From assembly GCA_964597885.1 (NCBI GenBank), contig CAZQZX010000001.1, positions 9,849 through 73,848 on the forward strand: 64,000 nt of DNA, given 5' to 3'. Below are positions 9,136 to 18,580 of this stretch, piece after piece (position 1 is the first letter of the stretch; each line of letters opens with the position of its first letter). The notes below the pieces were generated by a model. That model was not told where the DNA came from and did not search any database. It saw only the letters and a program-made list of their open reading frames with translations. Both the position numbers and the translations under genes were made by a program. Source of the stretch: an uncultured Planctomycetota bacterium (lineage in GTDB: Bacteria; Planctomycetota; JACOTG01; JAUIME01).

Positions 9136-10977
9136 ATGCGATCTCCGCTCGATACCACCCGCCGATTCGCGACACGGTCGCTCCGCGCCGGCCCCACGGG
9201 CTTTGCCGCGGCCGCGCTCTGGGTTTCCGCGCTCGCCGCCATCGAAGTGCTCGGACGCCATTCGCCCTCGGATCTCGGCGACGCGCTCGGCGTCCTCGGG
9301 CTCGCCGGTCTCACACTCGTGACGATCGTGTGGCACCGCGATGTCGGCATCGCGTGGGTCGGGTTCCTGCTGCGAGCGGGGCGCCGCGTGATGCGCGCGG
9401 TCGTGCATCGACAGGCCACCGTCGGCGTCGACTTCCGGGCCGGCTCGCTCGATCCCTTCGGCTACCCGACGTTCCTCGCGCACGTGTTCGTGGCGTGCAC
9501 GCTGCTGGCGCTGTTCGGCTGGTTCTGGCCGGGCGTCCCCATCGAGGACCTGCGGGCCGCGCTCGCGCCGCGCCTCTACGTCGGCTACCTCGCGATCCTT
9601 ACCCTGCTGTGGGCGGGAGTGCTGTTCCTGTCGCTCGGGACGATCGTCCTGTTCTGCATGATGGTGCACGACGCGTTCGTGTGTCGCTCGAAGGACCCCG
9701 CCAAGCGTTCGCTCCGGCCCGAGATCCTGACGCTTCTCGGATCGGGAGTCGCGCTGCTGATCGCGGCCGTGGCTGTGAATCCTCGAATCGCGGTGACGGC
9801 GACGATGCTCCTTCTCGGCGTGCTCATCTGCGCGGCGATCCTTCCCGTGTCGCATCCCGTTCGGCTGGTGTGGAAGTCGAAGGCGACCGGCGGTGCGCTG
9901 CGCGCGGTGTCCGTGCGCTTCATGTCGGCGATGGAGGGCATCCACCTGGTGCTCGCGGTCTCGGCGTTGCTGTTCATCGCGCTCGGGAACGTCGTGCTGC
10001 AGGGCTCGGACGGGATCTCGGAAACGACGCCGGTCTCGAGCATTCTCGGGCGATGGCTCGCGTGGACGGGCGCACTCGGCGGCGGCTCGTACCTGCTCTA
10101 CGTGCTGTCGATCCTCTGGCTCGGCGTGCGACTCGATCCGAGACGGGCGCCTCGCCCCTCGATTCACGTGGACGGGCTCGACTCGTTCGTCGAACGGCGA
10201 CGGCTGTCGCGGTTGCTCGGCGCGCTCGGCTGGAAGACGCGCTTCACGAAGACGGCGCGCCGTGCGGACGTGCGCGTGCAGCTCGTTTCCGAAGCGGAGG
10301 CCGCGCAGGCTGCCGACGAGGCGGACCGATGGCCGGCCCGCGTCTCGGCGCAATCGATTCTCCGCCCTGACACGCTGCGCCGGCTCGCCCGCCGCGACGA
10401 GGTCCAGCGCCGACGTCGACTGATCAAAGGGCTGGAGACGCTCTACAAGAAGGCCTCGTCGCGTTCGTTCAAGAAGGGCGAGGGCTTCTGGATCGGCGTC
10501 CACCACTGGTTCATCCTGGGCCTGTCGCGCGACGAGAGCGAGGATGACTTCGATCTGTACCGCGACACCTGGCTGCGGCAGCATGTCGGCCCGCCGGTGG
10601 AGCGTGCGATCGACTGGCCGGCGCGCCAGCACCTGCATCACGTGCTTTGGTGTCTCGACCTCGACCTCATCTTCCTCGAGGACGGCGTCGGGTTCCGGGG
10701 ACTCAGGCGAGTGCTTCGCATCCTGTTCGAGATCCACGACACCTACGGCGGGATGCAGCGAGCCGAAGAGCGCATGATGAGCGGGATCCCGGGCGTTCGC
10801 GTCCTGATCCAGGAGGTCGGTCTGGAGCGCTCGCTCGACGCCTCCAACTACCCCGAGCCGGACTACGAGGACATCGGCCGGGCGCGTGTGCTCCACGTGT
10901 TCCGCGACCGCGGAGGCGACGAGGAGACCTTCGACGTGCCTGCGGACTTCGACCACGTGCCGCTGCTCGTCCCCTAG
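9136..10977 (+). CDS. Large polytopic membrane protein of unknown function (N-terminal multi-TM region, C-terminal soluble domain)
   Basis: 613-aa ORF with at least eight predicted TM helices and a C-terminal domain rich in W/Y/F/K that looks like a real protein. The exact start is uncertain. Confidence 0.4.
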   Translation: MRSPLDTTRRFATRSLRAGPTGFAAAALWVSALAAIEVLGRHSPSDLGDALGVLGLAGLTLVTIVWHRDVGIAWVGFLLRAGRRVMRAVVHRQATVGVDFRAGSLDPFGYPTFLAHVFVACTLLALFGWFWPGVPIEDLRAALAPRLYVGYLAILTLLWAGVLFLSLGTIVLFCMMVHDAFVCRSKDPAKRSLRPEILTLLGSGVALLIAAVAVNPRIAVTATMLLLGVLICAAILPVSHPVRLVWKSKATGGALRAVSVRFMSAMEGIHLVLAVSALLFIALGNVVLQGSDGISETTPVSSILGRWLAWTGALGGGSYLLYVLSILWLGVRLDPRRAPRPSIHVDGLDSFVERRRLSRLLGALGWKTRFTKTARRADVRVQLVSEAEAAQAADEADRWPARVSAQSILRPDTLRRLARRDEVQRRRRLIKGLETLYKKASSRSFKKGEGFWIGVHHWFILGLSRDESEDDFDLYRDTWLRQHVGPPVERAIDWPARQHLHHVLWCLDLDLIFLEDGVGFRGLRRVLRILFEIHDTYGGMQRAEERMMSGIPGVRVLIQEVGLERSLDASNYPEPDYEDIGRARVLHVFRDRGGDEETFDVPADFDHVPLLVP

Positions 10978-11088
10978 CGTCGCGGCCGGCGCGGTTCCTC
11001 TCACCCTCCTCGCGATTCCTCCTGGCGATTTCCCCACCCGGCGCCTACAATCCGTGCGTTGCCCCACTTCCGCAGACGGAGAATCGAC

Positions 11089-12426
11089 ATGACACGCGAA
11101 TCGACGACTCGACGCACCTTTCTGAAGACGTCGGCCGCTGCGGCCGGCTTCGCCATGCTCCCCGGCCCGGTCTTCGGCTGGAGCGGATCGAGTCCGAACG
11201 ACAAGTTGCGCATCGCGTGCATCGGTGCCGGCGGCCGCGGCGGCTCGGCGGTCGATGCGGCCGTGAACAACGAGACGCTGGTCGCGTTCGCCGACGTCGA
11301 CGACGACATGGCCGCCAAGGCCAAGCAGAAGGCTCCGAAGGCGAAGGTCTTTCGCGACTACCGCCTGATGTTCGAGCAGATGGGCGACCAGATCGATGCG
11401 GTGACGATCTCGACGCCGGATCACATGCATTTCGCCCCGGCCTATGCGGCCCTGCAGATGGGCAAGCACGTCTTCTGCGAGAAGCCTCTGACGCATTCGA
11501 TCTGGGAAGCGCGGCAGCTGCGGACGGCGGCACGCAAGGCGGGCGTCGCGACGCAGATGGGCAACCAGGGGCACGCGAACGAAGGCACGCGCCGCGTGGT
11601 GGAGATCGTTCGTTCGGGAGTCCTCGGGGTCGTGCGCGAGGTGCATCACTGGACGAACCGCCCGATCTGGGCGCAGGGCATGGGACGTCCCGATCACAGT
11701 GAGTGCGTCCCCGTCGTTCCGAAGAATCTCGACTGGGACCTCTGGCTCGGCGTCGCTGCCGACCGTCCGTACGATCCGGCGTACTGCCCGTTCAACTGGC
11801 GCGGATGGTGGGATTTCGGGACCGGCGCTCTCGGCGACATGGGCTGTCACATCATGGACTCGGCATACTGGGCGCTCGATCTCGGCGCGCCGAAGACCGT
11901 CGAGGCGGTCGCCACCGCGCGCAACGCCGAGTCGGCCCCGAAGGCGTCCATGGTTCGCTACCGCTACGGCAAGAAAGGCGGCCGTCCCGGGCTCGACGTC
12001 GTCTGGCACGACGGCGGGCTGCGTCCGGTCGTTCCGATCTCGCTCGGCCCGAAGTGGAAGTGGAAGGCGAACGGCACGCTGATCGTCGGGGACAACGCTT
12101 CGCTCCTTTGCGACACGTACAGCGACAACGTGCAGATCGTTCCGGAAGCGAAGGAGAAGGAGCTCGAGTCGTCGCTTCCGGCACCGACGCTTCCGCGCGT
12201 CGAAGGCGGACACTACGCCGAGTGGTTCCGGGCGTGCCGGGGCGGCACGCCGGCCGGTTCGAACTTCGAGTATGCGGCGCCGTTCACCGAAGCGGTGCTG
12301 CTCGGGAACCTCGCCGTGCGCTCCGGCCGGCCGATCGAGTGGGATTCGAAGAACCTCAGGGCTACCAACTTCGAGCCCGCGAACCGGTTCGTCCGCAGGG
12401 CCTATCGCAAGGGGTTCGGCGTTTGA
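11089..12426 (+). CDS. Gfo/Idh/MocA-family oxidoreductase with a Tat signal peptide
   Basis: ATG at 11089 gives MTRESTTRRTFLKTSAAAAGFA, a twin-arginine motif. The Rossmann motif is IACIGAGGRGG and EKP is present (FCEKPL). Confidence 0.8.
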   Translation: MTRESTTRRTFLKTSAAAAGFAMLPGPVFGWSGSSPNDKLRIACIGAGGRGGSAVDAAVNNETLVAFADVDDDMAAKAKQKAPKAKVFRDYRLMFEQMGDQIDAVTISTPDHMHFAPAYAALQMGKHVFCEKPLTHSIWEARQLRTAARKAGVATQMGNQGHANEGTRRVVEIVRSGVLGVVREVHHWTNRPIWAQGMGRPDHSECVPVVPKNLDWDLWLGVAADRPYDPAYCPFNWRGWWDFGTGALGDMGCHIMDSAYWALDLGAPKTVEAVATARNAESAPKASMVRYRYGKKGGRPGLDVVWHDGGLRPVVPISLGPKWKWKANGTLIVGDNASLLCDTYSDNVQIVPEAKEKELESSLPAPTLPRVEGGHYAEWFRACRGGTPAGSNFEYAAPFTEAVLLGNLAVRSGRPIEWDSKNLRATNFEPANRFVRRAYRKGFGV

Positions 12427-13241
12427 GCGACGAGCCGAAGGATCAACCCGACGGCCAGGACGTTCTGCGCGGTCTCGTCCGGGAGGCCAGGCAGTTCCCC
12501 GAGATCCGCATCCTCGTCGGTCTTGGCGGATTGACACTGGGGATCTCACTGTTCTTCGTGGAGCTCGTGCGGTGGACGCCGATCGAGGCGGGCACCCTCC
12601 AGAAGATCAGCCTCAGCCTGGTAGGCCTTGCGGTGCTCGCGATGGTGTTCTCGGTCGTGCGCCGCGCGCTGAACCTGTCTTTCCGACCCGAGTCGAAGCA
12701 GAGGCTCCTTACCACGATTCTCGTGTCGTACGCGGTGCTTGCCGTCACGTTCACCGCGCTCTACTACAGCCTCGCGGTCGCCGGTGACTGGGAGGATTCG
12801 CGCTACAGCTACCGCTTCTACGAAGCCGAACGTCAGCGTCTCGAAGCCGGCGAAATCGACGCGCCCGCTCTGCGAACGAAGACGCGCCGTGCACTCGGCG
12901 GGTACTTCAACCGCTCGTGGCTCGGGGTCGAGGAGTTCGTGGTGGAGGAGACCGGGCGCGAGGTGGCGCACCCGCCCGAGGTCTACGTGGACGTGACGCG
13001 CCGGAAGTCGATCGAGGAGGTCGTCCGGTTCGACACGAGGACGCGCTTCGTCACGTTCGTGGACTGCGCGCACCTCGCCGTCGCGACGATGACGACCCTC
13101 GGGTACGGGGACATCTATCCGCTGAGCTGGATGGCCCGCCTTTCGGCGATCATCCACGTCATGTCGAGCACGTTCTTGCTCGGCGTCGGGCTGTCGCTCG
13201 TTCTCGGCGACTTCTGGGAGCGCAGCCACAAGGGGAAGTAG
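12423..13241 (+). CDS. Potassium channel (2-TM pore-loop ion channel)
   Basis: Selectivity filter TTLGYGD (VATMTTLGYGDIYP) flanked by TM helices. The TTG start at 12423 overlaps the upstream stop (TTGA). Confidence 0.65.
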   Translation: MSDEPKDQPDGQDVLRGLVREARQFPEIRILVGLGGLTLGISLFFVELVRWTPIEAGTLQKISLSLVGLAVLAMVFSVVRRALNLSFRPESKQRLLTTILVSYAVLAVTFTALYYSLAVAGDWEDSRYSYRFYEAERQRLEAGEIDAPALRTKTRRALGGYFNRSWLGVEEFVVEETGREVAHPPEVYVDVTRRKSIEEVVRFDTRTRFVTFVDCAHLAVATMTTLGYGDIYPLSWMARLSAIIHVMSSTFLLGVGLSLVLGDFWERSHKGK

Positions 13242-13259
13242 CCGCTCGCCGCGACGGGA

Positions 13260-14714
13260 TCAGAGGACCGGGCTGAACAGGCGCAGCACGTTCTCGGCCA
13301 CGCGCCGCCCGCGGCTCCGCGCGAGCCATCGCTTCTCGTCGAGAGGCTCGCACGACTCCATGTAGTCGTTCTGCAGGGTGACGATCTGCTGTGTGAAGTT
13401 GGGGCAGTACACGAACAACGTGAGCTCGAAGTTGAGCCAGAAGCTCCGCATGTCGAGGTTCACCGAACCAATCAGCCCGATAGAGCGGTCGACGGTAACC
13501 GTTTTCGAGTGCAAGAGCCCGCCTTCGTAGAGCAGGATGCGTACGCCGGCCGCCAGAAGCTCGTCGTACGTCGAGGCGCTCGCGTAGCGGACGAGGAACG
13601 AGTTGACCTTGCGCGGCACCACGATCGTCACGTCGACTCCCCGCCGCGCAGCCGTGACGAGCGCGGTCAGCATCGCGGCGTCGGGAACGAAGTACGGCGT
13701 CGTCATGATGAGCTCTCGACGTGCGGCGTACACCGTCGAGAGCAGCATCTGATGGATCGCTCCGGGGGCGTGCTGGGGGCCCGAAGGGAAGGCCTGGACG
13801 ACGGTCGGCCCGGCGTCGTCGGCGGGGCGGAGGTCTCCCGTTCGTCTCAGCTCTTCGATGCTCTCGGCGCCGTCGAGCCTCCAGTCCGCGAGGAAGATCG
13901 CATTCAGCGCTTCGACCGAGGGCCCCTCGACGCGAACCATCGTGTCGATCCATTCGCCGAAGTCCTCGTCCTGCTTGAAGAATCGGGGATCGACGAGGTT
14001 GAGGCTTCCCGTGTACCCGATGAGGCCGTCGATGACGGCGATCTTCCGATGGAGCCTCAGGTCGAGGCGTCGGAACAGACCTCGGAACATGCCGACGGGA
14101 AGCGCGCCGCGCACGTTCACTCCCGCATCGCGCAGCTGCGAGGCCTGCTTCGAGCGGAGGAATCTCTTGCTGCCGAGAGCATCCACGAGGATCCGGCAGC
14201 GAACGCCTCGCTGGGCGGCGCGGACGAGGGCCTCGACGACTTCATCCGCCATGCCGCCGTTCGACCAGATGTAGAACTCGAAGTGGCACGTGCTGCGCGA
14301 AGCGTCGATGTCGCGGATCATCGACCGGAGGGCTTCCTCGCTGTCATCGATGAGCTTCAGGAGGTTGCCGTTCAGCGCGGGAAGGCCGACGAGCGAGGTG
14401 CCGAGCCGTTCGAGCGAAGCGCTCGCCGGGTGGAACTGCGACCAGTCGACGTCGCGCTCGGTCGCGAGCGTGATCAGCCACCGCATGAGGGGTTCGCGGA
14501 GCTCTCTCGCGCGGGCCGCGCGCTCCGATCCGAGCCGGTTCTCGCCCACGAGGAGGTAGAGGATGGGCCCGCCGATCGGTAGCAGCACCACGAGCGCGAT
14601 CCACGCGTGGCTGACCCCGATCGCCCGCCGCCGCCAGATCACGCGAAACGTGATTCCCACGACGAACAGCCAGTAGGCGACGAGGAGAAGCTCGCCCCAG
14701 AAGTCCTCCATCAT
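13260..14714 (-). CDS. cls: Cardiolipin synthase (PLD superfamily, two HKD motifs)
   Basis: Tandem ATG ATG at 14709-14714 (MMEDFWGELLLVAYWLFVV). N-terminal TM helices and two HKD motifs (HRKIAVIDG and HSKTVTVD). The upstream ORF extension is Arg/Ser-rich and rejected. Confidence 0.8.
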   Translation of the reverse strand: MMEDFWGELLLVAYWLFVVGITFRVIWRRRAIGVSHAWIALVVLLPIGGPILYLLVGENRLGSERAARARELREPLMRWLITLATERDVDWSQFHPASASLERLGTSLVGLPALNGNLLKLIDDSEEALRSMIRDIDASRSTCHFEFYIWSNGGMADEVVEALVRAAQRGVRCRILVDALGSKRFLRSKQASQLRDAGVNVRGALPVGMFRGLFRRLDLRLHRKIAVIDGLIGYTGSLNLVDPRFFKQDEDFGEWIDTMVRVEGPSVEALNAIFLADWRLDGAESIEELRRTGDLRPADDAGPTVVQAFPSGPQHAPGAIHQMLLSTVYAARRELIMTTPYFVPDAAMLTALVTAARRGVDVTIVVPRKVNSFLVRYASASTYDELLAAGVRILLYEGGLLHSKTVTVDRSIGLIGSVNLDMRSFWLNFELTLFVYCPNFTQQIVTLQNDYMESCEPLDEKRWLARSRGRRVAENVLRLFSPVL

Positions 14715-14790
14715 GTGGATCGGTGCCTCGGCGTCGCGTTGCCGGCGCGCGTGACTGACGCGTCGTTTCCCGCTTCCTTCGATCCGGACT

Positions 14791-15654
14791 CTACCCTGTG
14801 GAGTCCGATTCGCGCAACCAGACGCCGATCGTGCGTTCGTGCGGCGTCCCGAGATCGAGCCATCGGACGGGGCCGCCCGGCCAGGCTTCAGGGGCCGAGA
14901 GAGACAGCTCGGCGAGTGCGGCCGGATCGCCCGGAGCCAGCAGGAATGCGCAGGGGCCCTCGCCGTGGCGTTCGAGTCGTTCCTCGAGCCACGACTCGGT
15001 CCCGTGGCTCGTGGCCAGAAGCACCGGGCCGTCGCCGATCCGCGCGATTCGCGCCCCGAGCTCATCGACCGTTCCGAGATCCGTCGGCGGGCCCCAGGCG
15101 TGCGCGAGGTGGAAGCGGTCGGCGAGATCGGACAGGGCTCGGGTCGCGAGCACCACCGCAGCGACGCCCGCGAAGGGACCGTCGACCGGAGCTTCGACGC
15201 GCAGTTCCCGCGGCGTCTCGTCCTGGATGCGAAACGGAAGCGTTACGCCCATACCCTCGACGAACGCGAGCGACCACGCGAGCGCCACGCCGTCCGGCCG
15301 TTCGCGTCGCATCGGCGCCGGGCCGACGACATCGATGCCGGCTTCGACGAGAGCCTCGGCCTCGGCGGCGAGATCGTCGGACTCGACGGCCCACGCGCAC
15401 GGCCCGGCCTCATGGCGGATCGCCGCGTCCCAGATGGGCGAGGGCGCCCCGGGCTCGATCGTGGAGATCAGCTCGAGGTAGGAGCCGTCCGGGAACGGGA
15501 CGAGGTCCATGTGCGTGATGCCGTTGTCGTGCGGGCCTCCCCAACGAGGCGTCAGTCCCGCGCGACCGAATCGCTGCCGCAGGTCGGCGAGCGACGCTCC
15601 CGCGAACGTGACGTGATCGAGAAGCCGCGGAAGCGGATCTCGCCCGCGGCTCAC
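14791..15654 (-). CDS. VOC/glyoxalase-family protein
   Basis: LLDHVTFAGASLADLRQRF is a glyoxalase/bleomycin-resistance fold signature. The GTG start at 15654 overlaps the upstream stop (GTGA). Confidence 0.5.
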   Translation of the reverse strand: MSRGRDPLPRLLDHVTFAGASLADLRQRFGRAGLTPRWGGPHDNGITHMDLVPFPDGSYLELISTIEPGAPSPIWDAAIRHEAGPCAWAVESDDLAAEAEALVEAGIDVVGPAPMRRERPDGVALAWSLAFVEGMGVTLPFRIQDETPRELRVEAPVDGPFAGVAAVVLATRALSDLADRFHLAHAWGPPTDLGTVDELGARIARIGDGPVLLATSHGTESWLEERLERHGEGPCAFLLAPGDPAALAELSLSAPEAWPGGPVRWLDLGTPHERTIGVWLRESDSTG

Positions 15655-16625
15655 GGCGTGGCGCGGCGGCGGGCGACGTCGGCCTCGGCCGCGATCGAAC
15701 CGAAGGCAGCCCACTGCGCACCCGAAGCGAGATCCTCCATCAGCGCGTTGGCGGAGTCGCGATCTCCTTCGACGAGGAGCCAGTTGGCCACGCCGAAACC
15801 GGTCGACGCGGTCTCGATCGTGCCGTTGTCGCCGCGAACCTCCGCCAGCAGCCGATCCGGATCGATCTCGCCCTTGTACATCAGGAGCAGCCGGTGGTAG
15901 GCGGTGTTCTCGATGACGTCCATCTCGGCGCGAATGGGCTCGAGGGTCGCTCTCGCTTCATCGTCTTCTCCGAGGCGCCGCAGCGTCATGTACAGCCAGT
16001 GCGTCGTCGCGCAGAGCATGTCCGGGTTCCGCGAGACCTTGCGGCACTCGAGGTAGCAGCGCTTGGCGGATTCGTAGTCGGCCTGCACGAAGTACGCGAG
16101 CCCGAGGTGGTACCAGATGTTCGAGTGCAGGGTGCTGGTCGGCTGGTTGCGCGCGTTCGGGAGCCCGTCCTGCTCGACGACGTCCGCCTTGCCCTCGATG
16201 AGACGAGCGGCCTGCTCGAGATCCCACACGGCCTCGTCGAACTTGCGAAGCGTGATGTAGCGATGCCCACGGTGGCGATAGAGCTCGGGGCTCCCCGGGT
16301 GTAGCTTCAAGCCGCCCGAGTAGATGGCGACGGCGTCGCGGTAGCGTCCGAGATAGGCGGTGCGGCGGCCGTACCAGATGAGCGCGTCGAGGTTGTCGGG
16401 CTCGGACTCGTAGCGCGCGAGCGCCGCGGCGAGCTTCGCGTTGCGATCCTCGAGGACGGCTTCCGGGAGGGTCGGCGCGAAGAGCGGCTTGCCGAGAAGC
16501 GAGCGGGCCTCGGCGCCTTCGGGCAGCGGGGGCTCCGAATCGTTCTTCGAGGGTCCGGCGCAGGCTACAGTCAGCCCGAGGGTCATGTCGACGAGAAGGA
16601 CGGTGCCGAGGGCATCGTGACGCAT
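15651..16625 (-). CDS. TPR-repeat lipoprotein
   Basis: ATG at 16625 gives MRHDALGTVLLVDMTLGLTVACAG, a signal peptide plus lipobox. Several TPR-like helical repeats follow (YHLGLAYFVQADYESAKRCYLE). Confidence 0.6.
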   Translation of the reverse strand: MRHDALGTVLLVDMTLGLTVACAGPSKNDSEPPLPEGAEARSLLGKPLFAPTLPEAVLEDRNAKLAAALARYESEPDNLDALIWYGRRTAYLGRYRDAVAIYSGGLKLHPGSPELYRHRGHRYITLRKFDEAVWDLEQAARLIEGKADVVEQDGLPNARNQPTSTLHSNIWYHLGLAYFVQADYESAKRCYLECRKVSRNPDMLCATTHWLYMTLRRLGEDDEARATLEPIRAEMDVIENTAYHRLLLMYKGEIDPDRLLAEVRGDNGTIETASTGFGVANWLLVEGDRDSANALMEDLASGAQWAAFGSIAAEADVARRRATP

Positions 16626-16742
16626 CGAGGGGCTCCTTTCGAGATACCGGCGACGAAGGATCGTACACTGTCGCGGATCGGATGGCGACGCTTCCGCAAC
16701 CGGACCGGACGACGCCACTCACGAAGGCCGAGGAACGAGACG

Positions 16743-17567
16743 ATGGTGAGCGAACGACACGAGCTGCGGAGCGGGTGCCGGGAATTCCGGTCCTCGGCGA
16801 TCGTCGTGTCCGTGCTGATCCTCTCCTCGGTTCTCGCGATCGCTTGTGCGTCCGGCAACGGCGACGCGAGCCGGACCGTCCCCACCTACGGCTACGAGAT
16901 CGTCGAGCGCTTCCCCCATGACGAACGGGCTTTCACGCAGGGCCTCGTCATGCACGAGGGTCGGCTGTTCGAAGGCACCGGGCAGGAGGGCTTCTCCACG
17001 GTTCGCGAGGTCGAGCTCGAGAGCGGTCGGGTGCTGCGGCGCGTCCCGATCGAGAAGGAATACTTCGGCGAGGGGATCACGATCCTCGGCGATCGCGTGT
17101 ACCAGCTCACGTGGCGTGCGCAGAAGGCGTTCGTCTACGATGTCCGCACGTTCAAACGCGTCGGACAGTTCTCGTACCCGGGCGAGGGGTGGGGGCTCAC
17201 GCACGACGGCGAGCGGCTCATCATGAGCGACGGCACGGATGTCATCCGATACCTCGATCCCGCGTCCTTCAAGGAGATCGGTCGGGTCTCGGTGAAGGAC
17301 GGCGGCCGCCGCGTCTCGCGGCTCAACGAGCTCGAGTTCATCGACGGCGAGATCTGGGCCAACGTTTGGGAGACGGACCTGATCGTCCGGATCGACCCCG
17401 AGAGCGGCCAGGTGAACTCGTGGATCGACCTCGCCAATCTGCTGGGCGTGGCCCGCATCCCGGGGGACCGCGTGCTGAACGGTATCGCCTGGGACGCGGC
17501 CGAAGAGAGGCTCCTCGTCACCGGCAAGAACTGGCCGTACCTCTTCCACATCCGCCTGACCGACTGA
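16743..17567 (+). CDS. Glutaminyl-peptide cyclotransferase (bacterial/plant beta-propeller type)
   Basis: Signal peptide and lipobox-like LAIACAS. Conserved TQGLVMHEGRLFEGTGQ, GEGITILGDRVYQLTW and GWGLTHDG blocks match the Glu_cyclase_2 family. Confidence 0.7.
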   Translation: MVSERHELRSGCREFRSSAIVVSVLILSSVLAIACASGNGDASRTVPTYGYEIVERFPHDERAFTQGLVMHEGRLFEGTGQEGFSTVREVELESGRVLRRVPIEKEYFGEGITILGDRVYQLTWRAQKAFVYDVRTFKRVGQFSYPGEGWGLTHDGERLIMSDGTDVIRYLDPASFKEIGRVSVKDGGRRVSRLNELEFIDGEIWANVWETDLIVRIDPESGQVNSWIDLANLLGVARIPGDRVLNGIAWDAAEERLLVTGKNWPYLFHIRLTD

Positions 17568-17708
17568 CTTTTCCACGAGAAAGTCGGCATCTCCCGATCA
17601 AGCCGCGCCCGTTTCGGCCGAAAATGGAAATCGGAGCGTGGAATCCCCTCCAAGTGTCTCTTCAGACCTCCTTCCTCGGGAACTGCAACTGTCGGGCAAA
17701 ACGTACTC

Positions 17709-18551
17709 ATGACGAATCATCTGGAACAAATCCGTACTCATCTGGCCACGAACCTCGAATCCAGTGACATCGACCTTCCCGTCCTGCCTCAGGTCGCTAC
17801 AGAAGTCCTGCAGCTGACCACGGACAGCAGGGTCGACGCCGCGAAGCTCTCGGGGTTGATCCACAAGGACCAGGCGCTGGCCGGCCACATCCTGAAGATC
17901 GCGAACTCGGTCGCCTACTGCGGCCGCGTCCCGATCGTCTCGCTGCAGCAGGCCGTCGCGCGCCTCGGCATGAACCTGATCGGTGAGATCGCGTTCGCCG
18001 CGTGCGTCCGAAACCGCGTGTTCCACCTTCCGGGACACGAAAGGGAGATGCGCGAGCTGTGGCGTCACTCGATCGCGAGCGGCGCCTACGCCAAGGAAAT
18101 CGCGCGGCTCCTGCGTCGTAACGTCGAGGGCGCTTTCCTCTGCGGCCTCCTCCACAACGTCGGGAAGCCCATCGTTCTCCAGGTGGTCGCGGACGTCGAG
18201 AAGGATCTCGGCGAGACCGTGGCCTACGAAGAGGCGATCGAGCTCATGAACGAGTTCCATCTGCCGTACGGCAGGCTCCTCGGCGAGAAGTGGGAGCTCC
18301 CGGATTCGGTGCAGGAAGCGATCATCCACTACGGCGCCTACGCCGAAGCGGAATCCTTCGTCGAAGAAGCGAAGATCACCTGCCTCGCCGATCGACTCGG
18401 CACGTACGTGGCGGTGGTCGACATCTACGACGAAGAGAGCGTGCGTCACCATCCCGTTTACGAAGCGCTGAACCTGTATCAGGACGACGTCGACGACCTC
18501 CTCGGCATGAAGGAGAACGTGCTCGAGGTCGTTGATTCCATGGCCCTGTGA
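17709..18551 (+). CDS. HDOD-domain signalling protein
   Basis: LPVLPQVATEVLQLTTDSRVDAAKLSGLIHKDQALAGHILKIANSVAY and HSIASGAYAKEIA are typical of HDOD. Confidence 0.7.
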   Translation: MTNHLEQIRTHLATNLESSDIDLPVLPQVATEVLQLTTDSRVDAAKLSGLIHKDQALAGHILKIANSVAYCGRVPIVSLQQAVARLGMNLIGEIAFAACVRNRVFHLPGHEREMRELWRHSIASGAYAKEIARLLRRNVEGAFLCGLLHNVGKPIVLQVVADVEKDLGETVAYEEAIELMNEFHLPYGRLLGEKWELPDSVQEAIIHYGAYAEAESFVEEAKITCLADRLGTYVAVVDIYDEESVRHHPVYEALNLYQDDVDDLLGMKENVLEVVDSMAL

Positions 18552-18580
18552 TTTCCGTATTCCTGTGATCTGATGGCCCC

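Noticed and set aside
7653-9419. 588-aa minus-strand ORF, and the 6911..8584 and 6315..7550 ORFs
   Set aside because: Arg/Pro-rich translations antisense or out of frame to the endoQ-like, GNAT and DUF420 genes.
8992-12549. 1185-aa minus-strand ORF spanning several plus-strand genes
   Set aside because: Extreme Arg/Pro/Ala/Gly composition with almost no Lys/Asn/Ile/Tyr/Phe. It is antisense to well-supported genes (membrane protein, oxidoreductase, K channel). This is a typical spurious long ORF of a 70% GC genome.
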